The position numbers and the translations under genes are program-made. Shown in pieces: positions 41,350-51,037 of a stretch of DNA of 64,000 bases. The stretch covers positions 384,001-448,000 of the forward strand of contig CAWETU010000001.1 in NCBI GenBank assembly GCA_963812135.1, given 5' to 3'. Within the stretch, counting starts at the first letter, position 1; every line of letters starts with the position of its first letter. The notes under the pieces are model-generated. The model was given only the letters and a program-made list of their open reading frames with translations, did not search any database and was not told the origin of the DNA. This stretch comes from Vulcanimicrobiota bacterium. GTDB lineage: Bacteria; Vulcanimicrobiota; Vulcanimicrobiia; Eremiobacterales; Eremiobacteraceae.

Positions 41350-42122
41350 GCCCGGAACGAACGCAGCTCGAGACCAAGATCGAAGTCAACAAAGTCGACG
41401 TGTGGTATGGTGGCGTGCAAGCGCTGCGCAACGCGACGTTCGATGTCGGCTCGAAGACGACGACGGCTTTGATCGGCGCCGGCGGTTCCGGCAAGACGAC
41501 GCTGCTGCGCGCCTTGAACCGCATGCACGATCTCAACCCGGATGCGCGCGTGCAGGGCAGCATCAAGATCGACGGCGCGGAGATCCTCGGGCCGGGCGTG
41601 GACAGCGCGCGGCTGCGGCGCAATGTCGGCATGGTGTTCGCACGTCCGACCATGCTCCCGACGAGCATCGCTGACAACGTCCGATTCGGTCTTGCAGCGC
41701 AGGGCGTGCGCGACGAGCGGACGCTGCGCGAGACAAGCGAGCGAGCGCTGCGGCGCGTCTCGCTGTGGGAGCGCCTGAGCGGCAGTCTGGATGCGCCGGC
41801 GGCTTCATTGCCGGAGGACCTGCAGCAGCGGCTGTGCATCGCGCGAGCGCTCGCAGTCGATCCCGATGTGCTTCTGCTCGACGACCCGACCGCCACATTG
41901 GATCCGATCGCCGCGCTGGCCGTCGAGGACGTCATCGCACGCTTGCGCCGCGACCACACCATCATCATCGCCACCAACGACCTGCAACAAGCCGCGCGGC
42001 TCGCGGACATCACGATCTACATGGCAAACGGGGAGATCGTCGAGTCCGGCGACACGCCGCTCCTCTTCAACAAGCCGGCCGACCAGCGCACCGAAGCGTT
42101 CTTGGCGGGTCGCACCGCGTGA
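41346..42122 (+). CDS. PstB-like ABC ATPase with degenerate catalytic motifs
   Basis: PstB-specific [33 protein letters not shown]; Walker A GAGGSGKT intact; VFARP, LPEDL, LLDDP and ATND replace the canonical motifs. Confidence 0.85.
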   Translation: MSPERTQLETKIEVNKVDVWYGGVQALRNATFDVGSKTTTALIGAGGSGKTTLLRALNRMHDLNPDARVQGSIKIDGAEILGPGVDSARLRRNVGMVFARPTMLPTSIADNVRFGLAAQGVRDERTLRETSERALRRVSLWERLSGSLDAPAASLPEDLQQRLCIARALAVDPDVLLLDDPTATLDPIAALAVEDVIARLRRDHTIIIATNDLQQAARLADITIYMANGEIVESGDTPLLFNKPADQRTEAFLAGRTA

Positions 42123-42132
42123 GGTTCAAGCC

Positions 42133-43530
42133 GTGAAAACTGAGGTCAAACCAGAGTCGCGCCTCGGGCCGCTGCGCGAGGACGGCATGCATTACTATGA
42201 CTCTGCGCTCGACGTCGTCGGCTCGACGCCGCTGGTGCGCCTGCATCGCGTCGTGGATGCCCGCTGTCTCGTTTTGGGTAAGGTCGAGTTCTTCAACCCG
42301 GGCGGGTCGGTGAAGGACCGGCCTTCGCTTGCCATGATCAGCGACGCGGAAGAGCGCGGTCTACTGCGCCCCGGCGGCACGATCGTCGAAGCGACCTCCG
42401 GCAATACCGGCACCGGCCTTGCCATGGTGGCCGCCATCAAGGGGTATCGCTGCATTCTCGTGATGCCCGACAAGGTCAGCGAGGAAAAAGTACGTCTGCT
42501 GCGTGCGTACGGCGCTGAGGTCGTCATCACACCGACGAACGTGCCTGCGAGCAGCCCGGAATCCTATTACGGTGTGGCCGCCAAACTCGCGAGCGAAATA
42601 CCGGGGGCCTTCCAGCCGAACCAATTCGCCAACATGCTCAATCCGCGATCCCACGAGGCTTCGACGGGTCCGGAGATCTGGGAAGCGACCGCCGGCAAGA
42701 TCACGCACTTCGTGAGCGGCATCGGGACGGGCGGCACGATCTCGGGCGTGGCGCACTATCTAAAGAAGCAAAATCCCTCGATCGTGGTCGTCGGCGCCGA
42801 TCCGGAAGGGTCGATCTACTCGGGCGATACGGCCAAGTCGTACAAGGTCGAGGGCATCGGCGAAGACTTCTTGCCGGCGACCGTCGACCTCAAGGCCATC
42901 GACCGGATCGAGCGCGTCTCGGATAAGGACTCATTCTTGATGGCGCGCCGCACGTGTCGCGAAGAGGGTCTGCTGGTCGGCGGTTCTTCGGGCACCGCGC
43001 TGGTCGCCGCCGCCCGCATCGCGCGCGAGCTGCCGGCGGACGCGATCGTCGTCGTCCTGCTGCCGGATAACGGCCGCGGCTATCTCTCCAAGATCTTCAA
43101 CGACGAGTGGATGCGCGCCAACGGCTTCTTGGGTGAGCAGGGGCTGGGCGCGACGGTGGGCGACGTGCTGCGCGCCAAAGGCGAACTGCAACTCGTCACA
43201 TTGGCGCCGTCCGATCCCGTCAAGCGCGGCATCGAATTGATGCGCGAGTTCCAGATCTCGCAGATCCCGGTCGTCGATGCCGGCGAGATGGTCGGCAGCA
43301 TCAACGAAGTCGCGGTGATGCAGCTCATCTACGATCGCGCCGACGTGGCGCACCAGCCGGTCAAAGAAGTCATGGCAAAGCCGTTCCCGGTGCTCGAAGA
43401 GCGCGATGAGGTCGAGAAGGCGTACAAAGCGCTATCCCTCGGCCACGGCGCGGTCGTGGTTTCGCGCAAAGGCATCCCGGTCGGCGTCTTGACGAAGATG
43501 GACATCATCTCGTACCTCTCGGCCAACTAA
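42133..43530 (+). CDS. cbs: Cystathionine beta-synthase with C-terminal CBS domains
   Basis: NPGGSVKDR, EATSGNTG, GIGTGGT, VEGIGEDF, YLSKIFNDEWM, CBS pair. Confidence 0.93.
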   Translation: MKTEVKPESRLGPLREDGMHYYDSALDVVGSTPLVRLHRVVDARCLVLGKVEFFNPGGSVKDRPSLAMISDAEERGLLRPGGTIVEATSGNTGTGLAMVAAIKGYRCILVMPDKVSEEKVRLLRAYGAEVVITPTNVPASSPESYYGVAAKLASEIPGAFQPNQFANMLNPRSHEASTGPEIWEATAGKITHFVSGIGTGGTISGVAHYLKKQNPSIVVVGADPEGSIYSGDTAKSYKVEGIGEDFLPATVDLKAIDRIERVSDKDSFLMARRTCREEGLLVGGSSGTALVAAARIARELPADAIVVVLLPDNGRGYLSKIFNDEWMRANGFLGEQGLGATVGDVLRAKGELQLVTLAPSDPVKRGIELMREFQISQIPVVDAGEMVGSINEVAVMQLIYDRADVAHQPVKEVMAKPFPVLEERDEVEKAYKALSLGHGAVVVSRKGIPVGVLTKMDIISYLSAN

Positions 43531-43540
43531 AGGCGGCTCC

Positions 43541-44686
43541 ATGGAGTTCTCGACCAAGGCGATCCACGTCGGCCAGGACGCCGATCCGACGACGGGCGCG
43601 ACCATCGTGCCCATCTACCAGACGACCACCTACACGCAGGCGGCGCCCGGGCAACATAAAGGCTTCGACTATTCCCGGACGATCAATCCGACGCGCGTGG
43701 CTTTGGAGCGCTGCCTCGCGTCGCTCGAGAACGCGTCTTTCGGTCTGTGTTTTTCAAGCGGCATGGCCGCGACGTCGGCGGTGATGAACTTGTTGTCGTC
43801 GGGCGACCACGTTGTGGTCAACGACGACATCTACGGCGGCACGTTCAGGCTGTTCGACAAGGTGTTCACGCGCTACGGCGTGAGCTTCACCTACGTGGAT
43901 GCGACCGATGTGGCGCGCGTCGCGGCGGCGATGAAGCCGTCCACCAAGATGGTCTGGCTGGAGACGCCGACCAATCCGCTGCTGCACCTCGTCGATCTCG
44001 CAGCAGTGGCCGCGCTGTGCGCAGGCCGCGGGATCCACGTTGCGGTCGACAATACGTTTGCCACTCCATATCTGCAGAATCCGCTCGATCTCGGCGCATC
44101 GATCGTGGTGCATTCGACCACCAAATACATCGGCGGTCATTCCGACGCGCTCGGCGGCTTTGCGGCTGTCAACGACCCCAAGCTTCACGAAGTCTTGAAA
44201 TTCCATCAGAACGCGGTCGGGGGCGTTCCCGGACCGTTCGATTGCTTCTTGACGTTGCGCGGCGCAAAAACGCTGGCGATCCGAATGCGCGAACACGATC
44301 GCAACGCGCGTGCGATCGCCGATTTCTTGTCCAAACACGCTGACGTCGACCGCGTCTACTACCCGGGTCTCACGACCCACGCGCAGCACGAGCTCGCGAA
44401 GAAGCAGATGCGTGGTTTCGGCGGCATGGTGTCGTTCACGCTCAAGGGAGCGCCCGATCGGGCGCGCGCGTTCGCGTCGAGCACTAAGCTATTCTCGCTC
44501 GCCGAGAGCTTAGGTGGCGTCGAATCGCTGGTCTGCCACCCGGCGACGATGACCCACGGCTCGATCCCCAAGGAAGTCCGCGAAGCCCGCGGCGTGACCG
44601 ACGGGCTTCTGCGGCTGTCGGTGGGCATCGAAGACATACACGATCTGATCGCCGATCTCGAGCGCGCGTTCAATGCGTCCCGCTAA
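43541..44686 (+). CDS. Cystathionine gamma-lyase/synthase (Cys/Met metabolism PLP enzyme)
   Basis: YSRTINPTR, ETPTNP, DNTFATP, HSTTKYIGGHSD, AESLGGVESL, LRLSVGIE. Confidence 0.93.
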   Translation: MEFSTKAIHVGQDADPTTGATIVPIYQTTTYTQAAPGQHKGFDYSRTINPTRVALERCLASLENASFGLCFSSGMAATSAVMNLLSSGDHVVVNDDIYGGTFRLFDKVFTRYGVSFTYVDATDVARVAAAMKPSTKMVWLETPTNPLLHLVDLAAVAALCAGRGIHVAVDNTFATPYLQNPLDLGASIVVHSTTKYIGGHSDALGGFAAVNDPKLHEVLKFHQNAVGGVPGPFDCFLTLRGAKTLAIRMREHDRNARAIADFLSKHADVDRVYYPGLTTHAQHELAKKQMRGFGGMVSFTLKGAPDRARAFASSTKLFSLAESLGGVESLVCHPATMTHGSIPKEVREARGVTDGLLRLSVGIEDIHDLIADLERAFNASR

Positions 44687-44772
44687 CCCTTGTAGCGACA
44701 GAGGACGGCTCGACCACGCCTAGCGGATGCACGCGTGCGTCGACGAGGTCGGAGCCGTAGATCGCGCTCGCG

Positions 44773-45045
44773 CTAATCCGCGCAGCAGCAAATCCAGCCG
44801 GAATGTTCGATCGGCGGATAGACGATGTGGTACCAATTGTTCGCCGCCTGCCGATAGCCGACACCCGCGCGCTTGATGAGCAGCACCCTGTTCACTTTGT
44901 GTCCAGCCTTCTTAAGGAAGCGGCGTGCGAACGCATCCGGATTGGATTCGAACCTCCGTCGCTCCGCCGACGAGAGTTTGACCTGATAGCGCTCCATGAC
45001 GATGGACCCGGTCAACGCCAATTTCTTCGACGACCTTTTAGCCAT
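44773..45045 (-). CDS. Small basic hypothetical protein, 90 aa, ending WICCCAD
   Basis: Strong GGGAGG RBS upstream of ATG 45045; fills the gap between convergent genes. Confidence 0.7.
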   Translation of the reverse strand: MAKRSSKKLALTGSIVMERYQVKLSSAERRRFESNPDAFARRFLKKAGHKVNRVLLIKRAGVGYRQAANNWYHIVYPPIEHSGWICCCAD

Positions 45046-45180
45046 GTCGTGTCCTCCCAAGGATTTTCGAGGGGTAGTGCGGGTGACCGTATTTGGTGGC
45101 GTTAAAGACAACTGCCTGCCCCCGAGCGGCGCAAGCGTTCGGCAGCCTCTTTCAGATCACGAAGTGGAAAAGGCGCCGTT

Positions 45181-46008
45181 TCAGGCGCCGAGCAACCGGC
45201 TGATATCCGCCGCTTCGCGCGCGACCTCTGTAGCCATCTCGGCTAAACGGTCGCGGTCCACGTGACGCGAGAAACCCGCCACCCATATAATTGCCAACAG
45301 CTGGCGATCGGGGCCGAAGATCGGCGCGGCGGCGGCGCGCATGCCGTCGACATACTCGTCGATGTCCGTCGCGGCGCCGTCGTGCGCCGCGGCGCGAATC
45401 GCTTCCATATATTGTGGCACGTCGCGGATGGTGTTGGCAGTGAACGCCGGCAGGCGTCCCTCGCCGAAGAACTCGGCGCGGCGCTGCTCGTCCCACGCTG
45501 AGACGATCGCTTTGCCGACCGCGCCAGCGAGCAAAGGAATAGCGGAACCGATCGGCGCGGAGATCGACATGGTCGGGCGGCCATGGACAAGGTCGAGAAT
45601 GGTCACATGATCGGCGGCCGGGACGCCGAGGAAGCTGGTCTGTTCGGTCGCGGCAGCAAGCCGCTCGAGCGCCGGCCGAGCGATGTCACGCAGATCGCGC
45701 TGGCCCGCCGAGCGCGATGCCAAAGAGAACAGCCCCGGGCCAAGGCGGTAGCGTTTGGCGCCGTTCGGGGATTCGATTATCCCGAGGGATTCTAGGGTCG
45801 TGACGAGCCCGTGAACCGTGCTCTTCCCGAGCCCGAGCGTGCGGGAAAGTTGCGACACGCCCAAGGGCTCCGCGGATTCGCCGAGGGCGGTCAGTAGGCG
45901 GAAGGCCTTGTCGACCGCGGGCACGAGCGTGGTCCGCTCTTGCTCAACATCGGTCAACTCTGCCACGCCGTTCCCGGGGCTAGCCACCCCGTTCTCTGGC
46001 CTGAACAT
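45181..46008 (-). CDS. IclR family transcriptional regulator
   Basis: VPAVDKAFRLL, HTH GVSQLSRTLGLGKSTVHGL, YRLGP, GAVGKA, AAAAPIF; start uncertain. Confidence 0.92.
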   Translation of the reverse strand: MFRPENGVASPGNGVAELTDVEQERTTLVPAVDKAFRLLTALGESAEPLGVSQLSRTLGLGKSTVHGLVTTLESLGIIESPNGAKRYRLGPGLFSLASRSAGQRDLRDIARPALERLAAATEQTSFLGVPAADHVTILDLVHGRPTMSISAPIGSAIPLLAGAVGKAIVSAWDEQRRAEFFGEGRLPAFTANTIRDVPQYMEAIRAAAHDGAATDIDEYVDGMRAAAAPIFGPDRQLLAIIWVAGFSRHVDRDRLAEMATEVAREAADISRLLGA

Positions 46009-46122
46009 CTACGTATTCCTTAGTTGCCGGGGGACCGGTGGCCTGCGCGCCCGAAAGCGCGCGGCGGGCTTTTGACGCAAGGCGAGCTGCAGCTCGCCTC
46101 CTTAATGTAAGGGTGTACCCAC

Positions 46123-47577
46123 GTGCAGTTCGACAACGAAGCGCAGCGCGCGCTCGACACCGCTTCGGCCAAGGGAGCGGACTATGCGGACGTGCGTTTC
46201 GGCGTCAACAAAGACGAGCACGCCGAGGTCCGTAACGGCGTCGTCTCAAGTCTGAACGACTCTGAGAGCAGCGGCTTTTCCATTCGTGCCCTGGTCGACG
46301 GCGCGTGGGGATTTGCGTCGAGCGCGTTGATCGAGTCCGCTGAGATCGATCGCGTCGCGGCGCTCGCGGTCGAGGTCGCGCGTGCCAGCCGCGCCATCCA
46401 AGAGCACCGCATCGAGTTGCAACCAGCCGGCAAATTCGTGGACAGTTACAAGACGCCGGTGCAAATCGATCCCGCGACGGTTTCGACGAGCGATCGCGTC
46501 AAGTATCTGCTCGACGTAGACAAAGAAGTGCGCGCAGCCAGCGGCGTGACCGTCGCGCGCGCCTGGATCGACGTCTGGCGCACGAAGAAGTGCTTCGCGA
46601 GCACGGAAGGGAGCCGCATCGAGCAAGACCTCGTCCAATGCGGGTCCGCCCTCTCTGCGCTTGCGATCGGCGACGGCGATGTGCAGGACCGCCTGTATCC
46701 CGGCACGGCGGGCCTCTACCAGACGGGCGGCTACGAGATCGTGAACAACGCGCAGCTGTTGGAGAACGCGCGCCGCGTCGGCGACGAGGCGGTCGCGTTG
46801 CTCACCGCGGACCAGTGCCCGAGCGGCACGACGGACATCGTGCTCTCGAGCGACCAGCTCTCACTGCAGATCCACGAGTCGATCGGCCACGCCCTCGAGC
46901 TCGATCGCGTGCTTGGTTGGGAGGCCAACTTCTCAGGGTTGTCATTCGCCACGCTCGACAAATTGAAGACGTTCCGCTACGGAAGCGACATCGTCACGGT
47001 CGTGTGCGACATGACGTGCCCACAAGCGCTTGCGACCGAGGGCTACGACGATGAGGGCACGCCGTCCAAGAGCGTCGACCTGATCCGCGATGGGATCTTG
47101 GTCGGTTATATGGCTGGGCGCGATACCGCCTCGGCTGCCGACGTGCAACTTGCGGGCGTCGTGCGCGCCGAGTATTGGGGGCGCCTGCCGATGATCCGCA
47201 TCGGCAACGTCAATTTGCTGCCGGGTACCGCCACGTCGCTCGACGACCTGTTCGCGGATATCAAGCAAGGCGTCTATATGGAGAGCAATCGCTCGTGGTC
47301 GATCGACGACAAGCGCTTGAACTTCCAGTTCGGCTGCCAACTCGGCTACGAGATCAAGAACGGCAAGAAAGGGCGGCTGCTCAAGAATCCGACCTACGCC
47401 GGCATGACGCCGGCGTTTTGGGCGTCATGCGATGCGATCGGCGACAAGTCGACCTGGGTGGCGTGGGGCACGCCCAACTGCGGCAAAGGCGAGCCCATCC
47501 AGACGGCGCGTTCGTGCCAAGGATCGGCGCCCGCGCGCTTCCGCGCGATCGAAGTCGGGGTGGGCTATGGCGGTTGA
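46123..47577 (+). CDS. tldD: TldD family metalloprotease
   Basis: IHESIGHALELDR (HExxGH), YDDEG, NCGKGEP. Confidence 0.93.
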   Translation: MQFDNEAQRALDTASAKGADYADVRFGVNKDEHAEVRNGVVSSLNDSESSGFSIRALVDGAWGFASSALIESAEIDRVAALAVEVARASRAIQEHRIELQPAGKFVDSYKTPVQIDPATVSTSDRVKYLLDVDKEVRAASGVTVARAWIDVWRTKKCFASTEGSRIEQDLVQCGSALSALAIGDGDVQDRLYPGTAGLYQTGGYEIVNNAQLLENARRVGDEAVALLTADQCPSGTTDIVLSSDQLSLQIHESIGHALELDRVLGWEANFSGLSFATLDKLKTFRYGSDIVTVVCDMTCPQALATEGYDDEGTPSKSVDLIRDGILVGYMAGRDTASAADVQLAGVVRAEYWGRLPMIRIGNVNLLPGTATSLDDLFADIKQGVYMESNRSWSIDDKRLNFQFGCQLGYEIKNGKKGRLLKNPTYAGMTPAFWASCDAIGDKSTWVAWGTPNCGKGEPIQTARSCQGSAPARFRAIEVGVGYGG

Positions 47578-48910
47578 TTTCGTCACCGACCGGCAAGCGG
47601 TGAGCAGCGCGCTCGACCAGGCGCTGGCGGCGTCCAAAGCCGACGAGACCGAAGTGCTCATGCTGGGCAGCGAAAGCGCGCTCAGCCGGTACACCCACAA
47701 TTATATCCACGAGAACATGGTCGAGAAGAACTGGAATCTCTCGGTGCGCGCGGTCATCGGCAAGCGAATCGGCGTGGCATCGACCAACCGGCTCGATCCT
47801 GCGAGCATCGTCGCGGTCGTCGAGCGCGCGACCGAGATCGCGCGCCTGGCGCCAGAGGATCACGATTTCCCCGGACTGCCGGACGACACAAGCCCGATCG
47901 CCGACCTTCCAGCGAGCTGCGATGCGGCGACTGCAGCGCTGCCCCCCGAGGCGCGCGCCGACGCGGTCGCGCAAATCGTGCGAGTGATGTACCGCAACGA
48001 CTTGTATGCCGCCGGCTATGTCGCCAGCCGTTCAGACACGATCGCGCTCGCCAACTCCAAGGGCGTGCGGCGTTTTTATCGAGGGTCGGACAGCGCCATC
48101 AACATCAAGGCGATCGGCGACACGTCCAGCGGCTATGCCGAAGGCTATGCCAAACGCTTCGCTGACCTGTCTCCGACCGCGTTGGCCGAGCGCGCCGCGC
48201 GCAAGTGCGTGGACGGCGCGGATCCGAAGGTGCTCGAGCCCGGCCACTATACCGTCATTTTGGAACCGACGGCGTTCCGCGAGTTCCTCGTGTATCTCTC
48301 CTGGATCGCCTTCGGTGCGCAACCGTTCGAACAAGGCTCGTCGTTCATGAGCGGCAAGATCGGGCAGCCGGTCGCTGGCTCTAACGTGACGATTCGCGAC
48401 GACTACGCGCATCCGCTGCATCTCGGCTTGCCGTTCGATTTCGAGGGCGCGCCGCGCCACCCGGTCACGCTGATCGAGAGCGGCATCGCGAGGGACGTCG
48501 TCTACGATTCCTACTATGCTGCCAAACTCAATCACTCGAACACCGGTCATGCGCTGCCCGCACCGAACCCCGACGGCCCGATGCCGCTCAACGCCGTCAT
48601 CGCGCCGGGCAAACGGTCGCTCGAGCAGATCATCTCAAGCGTCGAAAAAGGCGTGCTGGTGACGCGTACGTGGTACATCCGCCTCGTCGATCAGAAACAG
48701 ACGATCATCACCGGCATGACACGTGACGGGTTGTTCTTGATCCAAGACGGTAAGGTCGAGCATGGCTTGAAGAACATGCGCTTCAACGAATCGATCCTCG
48801 GCGCACTTGGCCGCTGCGAATTGGCGAGCGAGCTCGTGCGCAGCGAGAGCCACGTGCTACCCGCCGCGTGCATCGAAGACTTTCACTTCACCAGCGGTAC
48901 GGCGTTCTAG
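47567..48910 (+). CDS. pmbA: PmbA/TldE family protein
   Basis: PGHYTVILEP, PFDFEG, TGHA, TGMTRDGLFLI; no HExxH; overlaps the tldD end. Confidence 0.88.
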   Translation: MAVDFVTDRQAVSSALDQALAASKADETEVLMLGSESALSRYTHNYIHENMVEKNWNLSVRAVIGKRIGVASTNRLDPASIVAVVERATEIARLAPEDHDFPGLPDDTSPIADLPASCDAATAALPPEARADAVAQIVRVMYRNDLYAAGYVASRSDTIALANSKGVRRFYRGSDSAINIKAIGDTSSGYAEGYAKRFADLSPTALAERAARKCVDGADPKVLEPGHYTVILEPTAFREFLVYLSWIAFGAQPFEQGSSFMSGKIGQPVAGSNVTIRDDYAHPLHLGLPFDFEGAPRHPVTLIESGIARDVVYDSYYAAKLNHSNTGHALPAPNPDGPMPLNAVIAPGKRSLEQIISSVEKGVLVTRTWYIRLVDQKQTIITGMTRDGLFLIQDGKVEHGLKNMRFNESILGALGRCELASELVRSESHVLPAACIEDFHFTSGTAF

Positions 48911-48940
48911 GGCGGCGCCAAGGACCTTAAGAGGCCGGGA

Positions 48941-49459
48941 CTACATCGAAGCGGAGGGGCTCGGCTCGGGCATCGGACGGCGCGGCTCGTTCGGCATTGG
49001 CGGGATGATGATGCGGTCGAGTCCGAGTTCGATCGCGATTTTCGACACGCTCGAGTACAGCGCCGTCGCCTTCGGATCGGCTGCGCACTGCAGATCCGGC
49101 GAGCGCTTTCCGCGCCACCAGACAAACGTCGACGAGCCGAACGACGCGCTCTTCATGCAATGGCCCGCGGCCAGCGCGGTCAACGGCATCGCCGCAGACA
49201 TGTCGGCGAAGAACGACTCGGTTTTTTGCGCGCTCAATTGCGCTTTCTTGCGCACGCTGCCCATCACGTATTCCGCCTGACCGTCGCGCTGCACGACGAT
49301 CCGATAGCCCAACGTGTTCGTCGACCCCGTGTTCAAGATCACGGCCGCATCGTGCGGCACCGGTAGATATGATACGGCCCGCGCGGCGAGCGCCGGCGCG
49401 GCGCACAGCGCGATGCACACGCAAAGACCGAGGGTCAGGCGACGCGATCGATTGTTCAT
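48941..49459 (-). CDS. Secreted hypothetical protein with a Cys pair and Pro-rich tail
   Basis: GGAGG RBS; signal peptide; CMKSASFG...SPDLQC. Confidence 0.7.
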   Translation of the reverse strand: MNNRSRRLTLGLCVCIALCAAPALAARAVSYLPVPHDAAVILNTGSTNTLGYRIVVQRDGQAEYVMGSVRKKAQLSAQKTESFFADMSAAMPLTALAAGHCMKSASFGSSTFVWWRGKRSPDLQCAADPKATALYSSVSKIAIELGLDRIIIPPMPNEPRRPMPEPSPSASM

Positions 49460-49556
49460 CCGAGTTTCCGCCTCCATGCTTAAAGAAGAACGTGATACTC
49501 TGTCGCGGCGTTCCGGCAGGGCGTTAAAGGGCTGTGAGCAAAACCATTCTGTCCCG

Positions 49557-49640
49557 GCCGAAGTGGCGAAACTGGCAGACGCGCAAGCTTCAGGTGTTTG
49601 TGTCCGCAAGGACGTGCAGGTTCAAGTCCTGTCTTCGGCA
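49557..49640 (+). tRNA. tRNA-Leu (anticodon CAG), CCA not encoded
   Basis: Acceptor stem GCCGAAG/CTTCGGC, D loop with TGGCAGAC, anticodon loop TTCAGGT, variable arm GTCCGCAAGGAC, T loop GGTTCAAGTCC. Confidence 0.96.
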
Positions 49641-49671
49641 GGCCGCGCTTTTTTGATGTAAAGGGGAACGC

Positions 49672-50949
49672 ATGTCGTCCACGCTTGACCGGTCAGCCGT
49701 CCAGTCCCAACAAAACGTTTGGCAGATGGCGCAGCGCCAGCTCGACGAGGTCGCCCAGCTTACCGGCCTCGACGAGAACATCCATGCCTATCTGCGCGAA
49801 CCAAAGCGGATCCTCACCGTCTCCGTGCCGGTCGGGATGGATAACGGCAAGCTCAAAGTGTTCGAAGGCTATCGCGTGCAGCACAACCTGTCACGCGGAC
49901 CGGGCAAAGGCGGCATCCGTTTCCACCCCGACGTGACGCTCGACGAAGTCAAAGCGCTCGCGATGTGGATGACCTGGAAGTGCGCGCTCGCCAACATCCC
50001 GTTCGGCGGCGCCAAGGGCGGCATCATCTGCGACACCAAGTCGATGTCGCTCAAAGAGCTCGAAAATCTCACGCGCCGTTTCACCACCGAGATCTCCATC
50101 ATCATCGGCCCAGAAAAAGACATTCCCGCGCCCGACGTCTACACGACGCCGCAGATCATGGCGTGGATCATGGACACGTACTCCATGCAAAAGGGATATT
50201 CAATCCCAGGCGTCGTCACCGGCAAGCCGATCGCGATCGGCGGCTCGCTCGGGCGCGACAAGGCGACCGCGCGTGGTTGTCTCTACGTGACCAACGAAGC
50301 GATGAAGGAGCTCGGGCTCAAGCGCGAGGGAGCTCGCGTCGCGATTCAAGGCTTCGGTAATGCTGGGTTGCATGCCGCAGAGCTGATGGCCGCCGACGGG
50401 TACCTCGTCGTCGCGGTATCCGACAGCCGCGGCGGCGTCGCCAATCCCAAAGGTCTGGACATCGCCGGGCTCACTGCGTTCAAACAGGAGACCGGCACCG
50501 TCGCCGGTTTCTCGGGCGGCGATCGCATCAGCAATAAGGATGTCTTGGAGTGCGACTGCGAGGTCCTCGTGCCGGCCGCGCTGGAGAAAGTGATCACGCG
50601 CGAAAACGCCGGCCGCATCAAGGCGAAGATCATCGCCGAAGCGGCGAACGGCCCGACGCTTCCCGAGGCCGATGAGATCCTGCACGAGCGCGGCATCATG
50701 GTGCTGCCCGACATCTTGGCGAACGCCGGCGGCGTCAGCGTGTCGTATTTCGAGTGGGTGCAAGACCTCCAAGAGAACTTCTGGGAGGAAGAGGAAGTCA
50801 ACGAGCGGCTGCGACGCAAGATGGTGCGCGCGTTCCGCGAGACGCTCGAGCAGAGCAAGAAGTTCAAGACCGACATGCGCCACGGCGCCTACGTGGTGGC
50901 GGTCGGACGGGTCGCAGAAGCCACCAAACTGCGCGGCGTCTACCCGTAA
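49672..50949 (+). CDS. gdhA: Glu/Leu/Phe/Val dehydrogenase (glutamate dehydrogenase)
   Basis: GPGKGGIRFHP, MTWKC, GGAKGG, DIPAPD, VTGKP, QGFGNAG, EAANGP, NAGGV. Confidence 0.95.
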   Translation: MSSTLDRSAVQSQQNVWQMAQRQLDEVAQLTGLDENIHAYLREPKRILTVSVPVGMDNGKLKVFEGYRVQHNLSRGPGKGGIRFHPDVTLDEVKALAMWMTWKCALANIPFGGAKGGIICDTKSMSLKELENLTRRFTTEISIIIGPEKDIPAPDVYTTPQIMAWIMDTYSMQKGYSIPGVVTGKPIAIGGSLGRDKATARGCLYVTNEAMKELGLKREGARVAIQGFGNAGLHAAELMAADGYLVVAVSDSRGGVANPKGLDIAGLTAFKQETGTVAGFSGGDRISNKDVLECDCEVLVPAALEKVITRENAGRIKAKIIAEAANGPTLPEADEILHERGIMVLPDILANAGGVSVSYFEWVQDLQENFWEEEEVNERLRRKMVRAFRETLEQSKKFKTDMRHGAYVVAVGRVAEATKLRGVYP

Positions 50950-51037
50950 GCGTCGCGGCGGCATCGCGTCCCGCGGGTGGAAGCCGCGGCGCGCGCAGCC
51001 CCGAACGCACGACACAACATTGAGGGGAGGTCCAACG

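Noticed and set aside
45046..45180. Possible riboswitch upstream of the small Cys-tailed gene (GAAAGAGGCTGCCGAA on the minus strand)
   Set aside because: Too short and missing the other conserved elements of any family I recognise; a covariance-model search would be needed
49557..49700. tRNA-Leu as an integration site
   Set aside because: No integrase and no duplicated tRNA 3' end seen; gdhA follows directly
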